A stretch of 64,000 bases of DNA from Eledone cirrhosa. Lineage: Eukaryota. Each line of letters starts with the position of its first letter. Position 1 is the stretch's first letter. Shown piece by piece: positions 17,001 through 30,529 of the stretch. Position numbers and translations under genes: made by a program. The notes under the pieces were generated by a model. That model ran no database searches. It saw only the letters and a program-made list of their open reading frames with translations, and had not been told where the DNA came from. The stretch is taken from the NCBI GenBank assembly GCA_964016885.1, contig OZ024748.1, forward strand, positions 24,676,001-24,740,000, written 5' to 3'.

Positions 17001-17676
17001 ACCTACTCTAAACTACTACCATCAAACAAACATACCAATACCTAGTCTAAACTACTACCAACAAACAAACATACCAATACCTAGTCTAAACTACTACCAT
17101 CAAACAAACATACTAATACCTAATCTAAACTACCACCATCAAACAAACATACCAATACCTACTCTAAACTACTACCATCAAACAAACATACCAATACCTA
17201 ATCTAAACTACCACCATCAAACAAACATACCAATACCTAGTCTAAACTACTACCATCAAACAAACATACCAATACCTAGTCTAAACTACTACCATCAAAC
17301 AAACATACCAATACCTACTCTAAACTACTACCAACAAACAAACATACCAATACCTAGTCTAAACTACTACCATCAAACAAACATACCAATACCTAGTCTA
17401 AACTACTACCATCAAACAAACATACCAATACCTAGTCTAAACTATCACCAACAAACAAACATACCAATACCTACTCTAAACTACTACCATCAAACAAACA
17501 TACCAATACCTAGTCTAAACTATCACCAACAAACAAACATACCAATACCTACTCTAAACTACTACCATCAAACAAACATACCAATACCTAGTCTAAACTA
17601 CTACCATCAAACAAACATACCAATACCTACTCTAAACTACTACCATCAAACAAACTTACTAATACCTGGTCTAAAC
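8046..17676. repeat. Satellite array, 39-bp unit CTAGTCTAAACTACTACCATCAAACAAACATACCAATAC, ~245 copies
   Basis: Homogeneous tandem array with 37-bp variants; + strand almost G-free. Confidence 0.99.
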
Positions 17677-18870
17677 CCTCTATGAAACAACAAATTCTGC
17701 TATTTCTCCACACAATATTACTATCAAACAAAATAGCTACAACATCAACCATCATTCACCGTCAATCACCATCATCATTCAACAAAGTCACATATTATAG
17801 TCTGTCTATGTCACTACACCATCTAATGTAGTAGTCATTGCCACCAGGAACACACAAGGTTCACACAATTTTACTTTTCACTGGATGTCATCCCCCAAGA
17901 ATTTCATGAAACACACCTGTTGTATATTGCCCCTCCCCTCACTGCTGTTCAATATGACCCCTCCCTCCCTTCCCCCACTCAACAAATGTAAAGCCACAAT
18001 AAATCTAATATTCCGCCTTTATAACACTCTTACATGTCTTTACACCATTGTCATCTTGCATGTGCCATAGTCTAGTGTGCCACGGGTTTGTAGTCTCACT
18101 TCAGACATTGCCAGGTATGTTGGGAGTGGTGGACAGGGAATAATCAGTGCTGTGCTCAGGACCAACATACCACCTGAGCTGGGATATCATCAACAAATTA
18201 ACCATTCACCTGGTAGAACGAGCCATCTTAAACTACTTGAAAAGTGTCAGTATATATATATATATATATATGGTGGTGGTGGTGGTGGGGGGGTCTGTGT
18301 GTGTGCCTATCAATCTATACACATGCGTATATATATATATATTAAGGCGTTGACGGACCCTGCATATTTATCAATGCCAGTATATATATATATTATGGGT
18401 TCATTATGGTGTATGAATTGCAAAACTGAAAAACTACACAATAACTTTAACATTTATTTAAAACTGAGTCTGAGTGAGTCAATACTCGGAGTTTCTTATT
18501 AGTGATCCTCAGCCAATTAAGGAGTCTCAGGCTACCGATCTTCATGCGATTTGTGAGTCATGGGGATCTATAACGAGAAACTTGCTGCTCACTCAAACAC
18601 AGCTTTAAACACACACACACACATATATCTATACTGACAAGGATATGTCGTCAATATAAACAAGAGCAGCAGCTAATTTTCACTTCTTGTAACCGTATGG
18701 TTATTTAATTGTCATATCTTTCGTCACACATTACTGTCCAACCGATAAACGGATTAGTTACCGGGTTAATTATGAAACCGAAGTGACACGTAAATGATGC
18801 GCATGTTTTTATTGGCAATATGACCCTCACAAAGTAAAACAATATTTGTTTCATATATATATATATATAT

Positions 18871-19198
18871 ATATTGTTATACTTTGGGAGGGTCATGTTG
18901 CCAATAAGAAACACACGCACCAGTTGCTTTCACTTCAATTTATTATAATAAATTTATAAATTTCTGGTTGGTTGGTTGGTTCCACAATATATAAACAACT
19001 ATCTGGTTGTGGAACCAACCAACCAACCAGAAATTTATAAATTTATAAATTTATTATAAATTTATTATAATAAATTGAAGTGAAGGCAACTGGTGCGTGT
19101 GTTTCTTATTGGCAACATGACCCTCCCAAAGTATAACAATATCGGTTTCAACACACGATTTCAGATAAAGAATCTTGCTAAACAAATTCAGAAACGAA

Positions 19199-19199
<1 letters not shown>
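18871..19199. mobile_element. Fold-back non-autonomous element in (TA)n
   Basis: 18873-18987 is the near reverse complement of 19007-19140; the terminal module recurs at 18800-18843, 32733-32778 and 32980-33025. Confidence 0.75.
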
Positions 19200-19236
<37 letters not shown>

Positions 19237-19323
19237 GTGTGTGTGTGCGTGCGTGTATATGCATACGTATGTATATATGTATGTATATATATATTATATA
19301 TATATACACACATTAACGTATCC

Positions 19324-19383
<60 letters not shown>

Positions 19384-19396
19384 TAACGTATCCCTG

Positions 19397-19427
<31 letters not shown>

Positions 19428-19437
19428 TAACGTATCC

Positions 19438-19491
<54 letters not shown>

Positions 19492-19938
19492 GGATACGTT
19501 AATGCCTGTTCAGATACTGCACATATGAAGAAATCGTTTAATGTTTAATTTCGGTAAATGGTATATCTGCTTGGAAGAGCCTGAAGGAAAGGAAAGTAAA
19601 GTGGAAACTAACGAAACATAGTTCAGATGGTTGGATAGGTTTAGAAAAGCAAGTCGAATTCATAATGATAAGTTTGTAGGGATTACAGAAATGAATCAGT
19701 TATTTAAGAAGTTTATGGTTATGTTGACGGACAAGTTATAAATGCTGATAAGTGAATGTTGAATAAAACTTACTTGGATCAGAAATAAACATTGCAGAAG
19801 CCGTAGAATTAATATAGATCGCTGATGTATGTTTATACCATGGGAAATACCTAGAATAGACGATGGGAATGGCAAAGAATTGTTTCCCTCACATGATATG
19901 GTCCTCAATGAAGACATTATAAATTATAGAGCAGTAAC

Positions 19939-19997
<59 letters not shown>

Positions 19998-20354
19998 TAT
20001 ACATATGATCATGATGATGAGGATGATCGCCAGCAGAGAACAGATTCTACTGAGACTCTAACAAAAGGATTGTTGAAAAGCACATGACAATAGTTGCAGA
20101 GAAGGATCTGTGTATACATGTCAAGAGACATGCTATTCGGCTGCTATAGGGCGATGTAGAAATAAGAAGAAAGAAAAACTGTGCCATATTAAAAGAAAGA
20201 AATGAAGAAAACAACTTTTATATATATGCTGATCCAAGTAAACATAAAACTGCATCGAAACCATTCCTTTATTTATCGATATCGATTTTTCTTTCGTATG
20301 GTATATTTCGTTAGGGATTTCGGAATATTAAAAACCGGCAATTTTACACTTAAC

Positions 20355-20402
<48 letters not shown>

Positions 20403-20477
20403 GAATAATCGAGTATCGAAAAATCGGCGCACGAGTTCACGATAAACAAAATTCGAGATGAGCGGCAGAGGGCTCTA

Positions 20478-20545
<68 letters not shown>

Positions 20546-21115
20546 GTGTGTGTGTGTGTGTGTGTATTTATCGGTCTTTAATTTTTAGAAATCCCTAACG
20601 TAATATTATAGCATACGAAAGGAAAATGTTTGTATGTCGTGCGCGTGTGTGTGTGTGTGTACCACCATATTGGGAATATGTACATCCAGATGCACGTCCA
20701 CATATACAAACAGACACATACACACTATATATGCACATCAAATATATTTATAGTGTTAATATGTACATATTATCACAGATATACAGCTATAGTAGTAATG
20801 TAACCGGTGGTAGATAGACCGTCATTGATTCAGCCAGTAAAAAAGGAAACTATTTATTCTTTTGATCTGCGAACGTAAAAATAATTTATTAATCAATCGA
20901 AATTTGGAAGTCAATCCATCTATTATGACAAATTTATAATTTATATACATGAATGTGATCTACCATTATGTTGCGTTGCACATTATAATGAAACAACACT
21001 TCCTTCAACCAAACCAAATCTCGAGAGGCTGGACTTAGCAAAATATTAAGACAGATACGCTAACTACAGCTTCAATTATATAGTTTAGTTGGAATGATAA
21101 ATGAAATATATATAT

Positions 21116-21226
21116 TGTTGCGTAGTGGTTAGAGAATTGGTTTCTTAATTGTGAAGTTACGAGTTCGGTTTCCGGATAGTGAGATTCGTTATGTCCTTGA
21201 GCAAGCAACTTTATTTCACGTTGCTC
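21116..21226 (+). mobile_element. tRNA-derived SINE head
   Basis: A-box-like TAGTGGTTAG, B-box-like GAGTTCG, then GTCCTTGAGCAAG; related copy at 30972-31073 (-). Confidence 0.65.
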
Positions 21227-21843
21227 TTTTTTGTCAGGATTTGAGACCAGTAGCTAGTATCAGCAAGTGAAAGACCAATGGTACAATTTAACGAGTTCCA
21301 TCCCCCTCAGTAAGCGAATAAGATTTGGGATCTTGTCGATTGTTCAAAAAGAAAGTTTAACATTGAAAGGAACAAGTAACGAACACGAAGACGATACAGT
21401 AGAAACAAGAAGGAGATTTGGAGAAGTTTACTTAATACGGATCATGAATTAAAGAATTCGGAAAAATGAAAAGTAAGGGAAGCAATTGCGCTACAATAAT
21501 TATCTCCCTTGGATCTATACATCTTCAAATTCCAGTTAAAGGCTATAGAATTTATTGTAGGACAGATAGATGTATACGCTGGCGAAAGTATATATTTTAA
21601 TGATTTAAATAATGAACGGGAAAAGAGAAAAAAGGGTGGGGTGGGAGTTAAATAATGAAGAAATGGAAAGGAGGAGGTAGGGGTAAACTCTACATCTTTG
21701 TCTGTGCCCCGTGAACAAGATGGCGAAAGCATTGCTGTAAAGAACAGTTAGCGACACCTACTGCATCAGTCATTCCACTTCACGTAGCTCCTTCCATGGA
21801 CAGGATGTACTGCTTCCAATTTCACGGAGACGACTGCGACATC

Positions 21844-21957
21844 CAGAAAAAGTAAATTGACTTCGGCGGGATTTGAACAAAGAATGTAAAGGGCTGTAAC
21901 TAAATGTTACAAAACATTTTGCCAGACGCTCTAACGATTCCACCAATCCTCCGCCCT
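21844..21957 (-). mobile_element. SINE family A fragment
   Basis: Reverse complement matches copies at 58714-59675 (GTTCAAATCCCGCCGA). Confidence 0.75.
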
Positions 21958-22458
21958 ATACTTTGTAAACAATAAAAGAACAACTAAAAAATTATTGTAA
22001 CATCAAACTTGTAGCTTGAGAGAAATCTAGAGTAGTCTCCCTTAGTTTCAAATTACCGGTTATAAATTTACGTATCTAACTCTTTCCTCTAATGGAAGAC
22101 ACTGTCTGTGATTTTCAAATGTTTTGAAAATAATCAAGAATTTGGAGGGATTTACTAATATAACTAACTTATTCATTATTAAACTGGTGTTTTGTAACAT
22201 AATAAAGATTCTTACATAAAATTATGGAAGGATTTAAAATAAATATATACCCTTTAGAATATTTTCTTGCTGTTTTAAATTTTTATTTACATATAACAAA
22301 TATATAAGATTAAATAGAAATACATAGATATTTTCAATTAATTATTGCTAGAAACCTTATAAATATAATACACAGATACATACAATCAAAGTAACAAAAC
22401 AACCCCACCCCCCATTAATTCAACAGTAAGTGCGTCAATTGGATATTTTTTAGGCAAA

Positions 22459-22885
22459 TCAATACGCTCGCGGCGTTACCGCGGGTGATGGCAAGGCTAA
22501 GGCGCTGAAACAACCAGCACCCTCACGGGCATCACCTAACACCTCGGTAAGGCGAGCCGCTAATGATGACAAGAACTTCTCAGTGAACCGCCCAGCTCCC
22601 CAAAATATCTCAAACGTTACAGGCTGGAAGAAATGGTTTACCGATAAGTCCCGGTAATTTAGAATTTTATTCCGTTCGGCTACGGAAGCAGTGACCGCCA
22701 CATTTATCGCAGTATCCAGGATGTGGGAGGGAGCAAAAGAGTCATTAACTGTGGCGTCCCAGATGAGACATCTACCTCTTTCCCAGGGACAAAGGTCTAT
22801 TCTCATCAATTCTGGATAATCCAGCCAGAACTGAGGGAATATTTATCCGAGCTAGAGCCCGCTTAATGATCAGGTTTAGCTGACC
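22459..22885 (-). pseudogene. Decayed CRE-like non-LTR retrotransposon, restriction-like endonuclease C-terminus
   Basis: PWERGRCLIWDATVNDSFAPSH..AERNK..Y..L..FQPVTFE; WLFQRLSLAI-RGNA-like motif after a frameshift. Confidence 0.8.
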
Positions 22886-24022
22886 AGCATTCTAGTTTTG
22901 TATTGTAGAACCAAGGGCAGTTCCAGACGGTTTGGCAAAAGGTTAAGCGACAGAATTTAGAAAGTGCATTCCATGAAAAACACTCCAGAAAACTATTTTC
23001 ACATACCATTTCTACTATCGGGTCAATTTATATTTCGAAGTATTCAGATAATTATATAATCTCCCTATTTCTCGATAAACAAACTTTAAACCCTTCGTTA
23101 CTAATTCTGACACCTGCTAGTAACCGAAACCCCGACCTTGTGTCTTATAAGACGCATTATTTTCTGACAAAAAACAAAACAAAAAAAAACAAACTTACGT
23201 ATATGTCTAATAAATAAATAAATAAAATGATCTTGAAGATTCACATTTTGACAGTTAAAAGCACTAAAAGAAATCTCGCGAGTTTCTAGAACAGGCAGGA
23301 GTAACTTTTTTTTAGCAGTGGGCCGCATAGGATGTGGCTCATCATAAGGCGGGACGCACTATTAAAGAATTTAAAGCAATTTTGAAATTAGGCGTGCCAT
23401 TCATAGATCCAAACGGGTTGGAGTTTGCCCGTGACTGTTCTAGACGATTCCGCGAGTTCAAAGCAAATACTGACTTTCATTTTATCTTTTGTGTCTCAAT
23501 GAGTGCTTGTGCCTTGTACAATTGCTGGTTAATCTAAATAATTTTGCATTGTCATTAGCCATAAATTGGAATTCTCTGTCACTGTGAATTTCGCTCGGTG
23601 TTCCAAACTAAAAAGAATATTTATTGTATCGAACAACGATATCAGCACAAAGATAACGTGAGTATTCATTAACTGCCACTGAAAAAAAACATTAAACATA
23701 ATTTATATATGAGCGAGAGAGAGAGAGGAGGGTGGAAGACCTGCACACTCTATCAGACTCTTCAACAAGGGGTGCTAGAATTTTCCCCTAATAATTTTTG
23801 GGGCAAGACAACTTGCAGCTTTTTCGCGAGTGATGGTGAGGCTAAGGCACTGGAATAACCAAACACTCTCGCTAAAGGAATCACCTGATACGTTGGTAAG
23901 TGAAGCTATCAACAATAACAAGTACCTCGTTGTCAGTAGTCTGCCATGTAAAATATTTCCTTGTGATATAATGTCATCAACTTATTTCTCAATAGAAGAA
24001 TACTACTCACCTTTAGAGATCA

Positions 24023-24058
<36 letters not shown>

Positions 24059-25734
24059 TTGTGATTATGTTGCAGCTAAAGAGTATCTAATACGTTCAAT
24101 TTCATTGTAAATGGAATGGAGTTGTTAATAACACAGAGGCAAGCATTTTCAATATTTATTTAAATTGACTGCATTAAATTAACAGTCCAAAGTTCCAGAG
24201 AAATACGCTAACAGGAAAAGGTGTTCTTTTGGAGTTTTAAATAACCTAAGAAATTGACGCTTGTCTTACCGAAAATTTTATTTTGGTAAATTTTTACTAT
24301 TATACCCGTCTGTCTTTGAATGTAAAATTTATGATTTTCCTATGATGTTTTGAACTAATTTGCCTTCACAAACAACCGGGAATAATTAATCCGCCCTCCA
24401 GCTATCAATGTATGGGCACCCTCGAGAGAACCATGAGTTCTTGAGTGGAGGAACCACAGAAAGTGACTTATATCCGACGGTTTTGAAGGCTTTTGTGGAA
24501 GTCCAGCAGTTACTCGTACATGTACGTTTCTTCTAGCTTCAACATCCATATTCTTCAAGGGAAATCAAGAACCGATACAGTTCAGCACCAACGTCATCAC
24601 TGGCATTGTTGTCAGAATATATTAAAAAAAGACCGTCTTTCATGCACTCTTCCCATTACTCAATAAACCCAGCGTTCACTATAAGCTGAACAATAAATAA
24701 TATGGTAGTTTTTTTCTGATATTTGTGAAAAAAAAAAAAAACCTTGAAAAGATGAAGCGTAAAACTAAATTTGTGCTGTCTCGCCAAACACTTGATTAAT
24801 AACATGGTATTTTCTAAGCTTAAATAATACAAAAGAATCCTTGCACTGGACTCGCTGAAACATAGCTGGACTCCTTCAAGCTGGGAATCAAACTCTTGTC
24901 TTCCAGTGGTTGCGGGGGCCACGTTCCCAGAACACCCGTGAAAAGTCATATTCGTTCAAAACACATCAAAAGCCATAGGTAAATAAAAAAAATAAAAAAA
25001 GAGAAAGAGAGACGAATTTTACAGTAAAAATTTACTTGCATGTTTTGAACATTAGAAAGTGTTGTGTTCTACAAGATAGAAATATCTCTAAATTTCCCTC
25101 ACGATCTTGAATAAGTGTACATAGAATGTTATTTAAATCAAGTAAGTACATTTAAGGTTATGCTGTGGTTCACTCGTTGAAAGCGGATTACCGCATTTAG
25201 ACCAAATATTAGTCTTGCATACTGAAACAATTATCTGTCCTTAGACTTATAATGCATTGTAAGAACGAAATCTTTAATCACCAGTAATCGTTGATTGATA
25301 TGTATTTAATATCTTTTTGGAGTTCATTTGTCAGGCAAGAAATTTGATCTGAGGCCGTGTGTGGACTGTAAAACAATTACTCTGTGGAAGACTCATTTTA
25401 GCCATTTAAAAATACACAAAAACTGGTGATAGCAAAGCTAAGATGTGGAATAACCAAGCACCCTCACCATAACTCCCCAATATCACACTGTATGAAATTG
25501 GCCCCTGGTTCTATGTTACAAAAATGTTTCTGTTAAAGTATTTATGCATGCATGATCTCGTAACTCCTGGGGGAGTCGTAGGGCGCCGTATTGACATACA
25601 TTTTAGGGTATTCTAAATCAGGCGGAGCCCATCTCCTCTCCAGGCCTGAGTGTAGCAGATGTCTGCCAGAGAAAGCATAGAGACAGTTAGAGAATGGAAG
25701 TAAGAAAGAGACATAGAGGAAGAATCGACCGCAG

Positions 25735-25878
25735 TACTAGACTAGTATTTCATCGACCTTGAATGGATGAAAGGCAAAGTTGACCTCGGCAAGGTTTGTA
25801 TTCAAAGAACAGGGAGCTGAAACAAATACTGCAAAGCTTTCTATCTGACGTTCTAATGACTCTGCCAATCCGCTGCCC
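25735..25878 (-). mobile_element. SINE family A copy
   Basis: Core GGATGAAAGGCAAAGTTGACCTCGGC shared with other copies. Confidence 0.8.
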
Positions 25879-26991
25879 AAAAGTGTTTATATATATCTCT
25901 CCATCATAATTTTATGTGAGAGCCTATGATCCAAACACTAGCTTGATAATGAGATAATGAGAAATTTAGTCATATCACTAAATCCTTCCAAATTCTTGAT
26001 TATTTTCAAAATGATTTGAAAATAATAGGTAGTGTCTTTCATTAGAAATATGGAACGAGAGGGTTAAATTGTTACATGACAAATTTTTCAGTGAAATAGT
26101 TGACATAACACGAGAGTAGCAATAAAGAGGAGTAAAGAAAACCTGCCCACACAAAGACAAGTGTTGAAAAGAAACTTTACTGTGGCAAATATAGTCAGTA
26201 AGAAATCAACCATATCTAACGTCTAGTAGAGATGAAACTCTCAACCACACAGTCTAAATGTTACAAGATAGCACAAAAAGAATATAAAAAAAGTGTACTG
26301 GGTTTTAGAGGAAAAGATACATTAGGAGCCTCATTCTTACTGGCTGATTTATTTAATATTTACACAGTTTGTTTCAGTCTTGTTGTGCTTCATCAGTTTG
26401 AACTAAGTGGGGTTAATTAAATTCACATTAGAGTTATTAAATTCATATTAGAAATTTATATTAGGTTTATAGAAGAGGCAAGCAAGCACCATAAGAGACA
26501 GATAAAAAATTGATATACATATTGATAATGAATTGATATTGACCATGAGGAAGTAGTAAGAAAGAAAGAAATGTAATTTCAAACGAACATATCGATTTTT
26601 ATTTATTTTTTGAAGAACACGGAGGTTAGTAGGAAATATGAATTCAAAGGAAATTTTTAAAATGTTACCAACAATCAGACAGAAACTTTTATTGGAAATG
26701 ATTTTTTTCTAAGATCTTGTGAGATTTCGGTGCTTCTTGCTTATGGTCATTATCTGTCTTTCATCTCTCAGAACAGAAGTCTGCTCTGTCAGAACATTTC
26801 AAAATAAAAACTTAACACACGCACATGTATGAACACATCAATACTATAGAAAACAGCTAAACAATTTCCTGATTTCTGGAAGGAAATAATGGTGATAATG
26901 AAATAAAACCAGACACAACAATACTCCAATAATTCTTGTCTACAACAACAATAAAAAAAAAAACAATAAAAAACAAACAACACCAACAATA

Positions 26992-27206
26992 ATGGTTTCT
27001 GATTTTGGCACAAGGCCAACAATTTGAGGATAGGGGAAAGTAGATTACATTGACCCCAGTGCATTACTGGTACTTTATTTTATCAACCCCATAAGGATGA
27101 AAGGCAAAGTTAACCTCAGCAGGATTTGAACTCAGGACATAAAGGGCTACTGAATGCCTCAAAGCATGATGTCCAACGCTCTGCCGATACTATCAATCCA
27201 CCACCC
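26992..27206 (-). mobile_element. SINE family A, near full length
   Basis: Core, tail (TTTTGGCACAAGGCC) and head match the 58.7-59.7 kb copies. Confidence 0.85.
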
Positions 27207-27239
27207 ACAACAACAACAACAACAATAATAATAGTATCA

Positions 27240-27800
27240 TAGGAAAAGTGATTCACTAGCATTTAGGCAAACTGAACAAATGACCTCATTCTGAGAAATG
27301 GTATGAGCATAAGCCAGAGTCGGTGATAGAAAATGAGCAGGTGAAGGTGCTGTAGGGTTTCAAGATACAAACGGACAAAGAATTAGAACACAATAGGCCT
27401 GACCTGGTAGTTTTTGACAAGGAAAAAAGATCTTGCTTGATTACAGATGTAGCTTGCCCCTTTGAGACAAGAGTATGAGAAAAGGAGAGGGAGAAAATTA
27501 ACCAGTACCAGGATCTAAAGTGGGAACTGAAAGGATTTGGAACTGTCATGAGATTGAGGTCGTCCCCATTGTCAAAGGAACACTAGGTACTATCTCGAAG
27601 AGTTTTCAAGGCTGGTTAAAGAACATTAGCCCAGACCCCTTTTTTTGGAACACTTCAAAATGCATGCTTGCTGGGAACAGCAAGAACCTTCCGATACGTC
27701 CCGAATATCTGAAGGTACAGATAGTGGCTTGGTGTTCATTTGGGCAAATTTTCCAATTAAATAACATCAATGACTGAGATATCAAAGTAATAATAATAAT
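27240..27800 (+). pseudogene. Decayed R4/Dong-like LINE 3' end (restriction-like endonuclease)
   Basis: KWYEHKPESVIENEQVKVL*..IQTDKELEHNRPDLVVFDK..ITDVACP..EKEREKINQYQDLK..VVPIVKGTLG with stops and frameshifts; flanked by (TAA)n. Confidence 0.85.
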
Positions 27801-27804
27801 GTCG

Positions 27805-29617
27805 AGGAGAAGTGTGTCCATATGATGAAGGTGTACTTGCCCTCAGTGATACTGATAAGAAGGTAGCTTGGAAGTGTCACTACGAGAGACTACTAAATGA
27901 GGTGAATGAATGGGATAAAGATAGTTTGCTCTCAGTTGATCCAACAGAGGGACCAGCTGTGCAAGTTACTGGTAATATAGTAAGTAAGGCAATCAAAGAT
28001 ATGAAGACAGGCAAGGCAGCTGGGCCTTCAGAGATAGTTGTTGAGATGTTGAATGCATCTGGAATGGTGGGACATACTATGGTCACCCGGATAGTAAACC
28101 AAGTAATACAGAATGGGGTCATACCAAATGACTGGCATAACAGCAGCATCGTTAACTGCAACAAGGGCAAAGGAGACATTAGTTGACCAGGTCATGAAGG
28201 TCACAGCATGAAGTTATCGCACAACTGATTAGGAACTGAATTGATCTAGATGAAATGCAGTTTGGGTTTGTGCCAGATAAAAGTACCATGGATGCTCTCT
28301 TCCTTGTACGGCAACTACAGGAGAAATACCTAGCTAAATGTAAACCCCTCATGGCTGCCCATGGTAACTTCTATATGCAGCTGATCTAACTTTCATAGCT
28401 GAATCTATGGCAGAACTAGAGAAGAAATTCCAAACCTGGAAGCATGGCCTAAAATCAAAAGGCCTTAAAGTTAACTTGTCTAAGACTAAAGTTCTAGTAT
28501 GTAGAAAGAAAAATAGGGCACAGGTGCCCTCTGGGAAATGGCCTTTCTCAGTGTGTAGGAAAGTAGTGGGTAGAAATTCCATTCTGTGTCTCAAATGGAA
28601 ACTATGGATACATAAATGATGTAGTGGGATCACAGGCAAGCCATCAAAGAATGATAAGGTGCAGTAAGTAGTAAGTGCCCACTGGATACTAGCTCCGTCA
28701 ACTGTCCAGATGGTATAGAAATAGTAGACACTTTCTATTCCCTGGTTGACAAAATCAGCAGTGGTGGAGGATGTCTGAAAGTACAGTAGCCAGAGTTTGA
28801 GCAGGATGGAAAAAGTTCAGAGAGCTAATACCGCTGTTGGCCACAAAAGGTTTCTCTCTAGAAATGAAAAGCAGATTGTATGATGCTTGTATATGAACAG
28901 CAATGTTACATGGTAGTGAGACCTGAGCATTGTGTGCAGAGGACCTGATTGGAAAGGAATGAAGCATGCATGCTCCAATGGATGTGTAATAGTAATATAC
29001 ACAAATGGCAAAGCGTAAACAAACTGAGAAATTAGGAATAAGAGGAATCAGATGCAGTTTACTAGAAAGGAGATTGTGTTGGTATAGTCATGTGATGTGT
29101 ATGAAGTATGACAGCTATATAAAAAAGTGCAGGGCAATCAAAATTGATGGAAGCTACAGAGTAGGTAGACCCTGAAAGACCTGGGATGAGGTGATAAAAG
29201 TTGACCTTGCACAATTGAACCTCCCTAAAACAATCTCACAGGATCAAGATCTTTGGCATAATGCAGTAATACAGAAGACTCGCCTTCCCTTGTACATGGA
29301 CTTAAACCTACATTCAGTAGGCACCTCTTAATCCAATATGCCCCCCCCCACCCCCCCTTTAGTCTGTAAAGTTAAGTTGGTAGCACAAAACATGCAGCCC
29401 ACACTATAAAGTGGTCATGTAGGTGTCATGACAAAAGCACCCAGTCCACACTGTAAATGTGTTTGGCGTTAGGAAGGGCATCAAGTCATAGAAAACCAGC
29501 CAGAAACAGTCCTATATGAGCAAGACATGGTCACCTTCCCCACCTACCCCAAATGGGACAAACCCGTCTAACCCATGCTAGCGTGAAAAATAGATGTTAA
29601 ACGATGATGATGATGAT

Positions 29618-29618
<1 letters not shown>
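27805..29618 (+). mobile_element. 5'-truncated, internally deleted RTE-clade LINE with 3' UTR and (GAT)n tail
   Basis: MKTGKAAGPSEIVVEML, IPNDW, KGKGD, QFGFVP, RQLQEKY, LLYAADL (YADD-like), GLKVNLSKTK, Cys-rich insert; many stops. Confidence 0.92.
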
Positions 29619-29666
<48 letters not shown>

Positions 29667-30234
29667 TGCTCTAGTGACTTTTTGGACACCCTTTCTAAAG
29701 GTTTTTAGATAAACAGAATATAGGAATAAGGGAATAAGGTTGACAATCATATAACAGCAACGTATACAAAAACATGTATTTACATGTGGCTGTCTACCTC
29801 TACATATCTATGGTAAACACACTCATACACTCACACACATACACATATATATTTACATGTGGTTGTCTACCTCTCTACATATCTATGGTAAACGAACTCA
29901 TACACTCACACACATACACATACGCACATTTACATTCACTTACACACACACATACACATACACACTTTTACATTCACTTACACACACACATACACACTCA
30001 CACACACACACACATGTATATTTATATGTGCCTGTCTACCTGTGTTTCATATTTAATAGTACACACACATATATATGTATGTATGTTAGGTATTTTGGTA
30101 GGGTGGTGTTTCCCCTGACAACAGAAAGACATACTAAATCAGTGTGGACTATACTACAGTAGGCCGTATGTATAAACTTCTGAAACAACAACAGGTATGT
30201 AAAAGTTAATAAACTTTGACAGGTATATAACACT

Positions 30235-30273
<39 letters not shown>

Positions 30274-30277
<4 letters not shown>

Positions 30278-30372
30278 GTTTCTACTTTTGGCACAAGGCC
30301 ACAATTACCCAGTGCATTACTGGTACTTTATTTTATCGACCCCGTAAGGATGAAAGGCAAAGTTAACCTCGG
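30274..30372 (-). mobile_element. SINE family A 3' fragment (similar copy at 30664-30820)
   Basis: TTTATCGACCCCGTAAGGATGAAAGGCAAAGTTAACCTCGG present in both. Confidence 0.85.
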
Positions 30373-30398
30373 ATATATATAATATATATATATTTTTA

Positions 30399-30529
30399 TT
30401 TTATTTTATAGAAGGAGCTTCTACAGGACTAGTACTGTTTCATTCAGATGAAATCTTCAGGAAGCTCCTGAAGATTTCATCTGAATGAAACAGTACTAGT
30501 CCTGTAGAAGCTCCTTCTATAAAATAAAA
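30399..30529. repeat. Perfect 64-bp-arm palindrome with 3-nt spacer containing a hammerhead-like core
   Basis: 30399-30462 is the reverse complement of 30466-30529; CTGAAGA..GAAA..GTC in each arm. Confidence 0.9.

Noticed and set aside
8046-17676. Open + frame SLNYYHQTNIPIP repeats
   Set aside because: No start or splice context; broken by 37-bp variants and TAG codons
26360-26400. Minus-strand CTGATGA..GAAA-CAAACTG-TG hammerhead-like match
   Set aside because: G at the cleavage position, no helix I, weak helix II
28353-28367. X-box-like CTGCCCATGGTAAC
   Set aside because: Lies within RTE coding remnant
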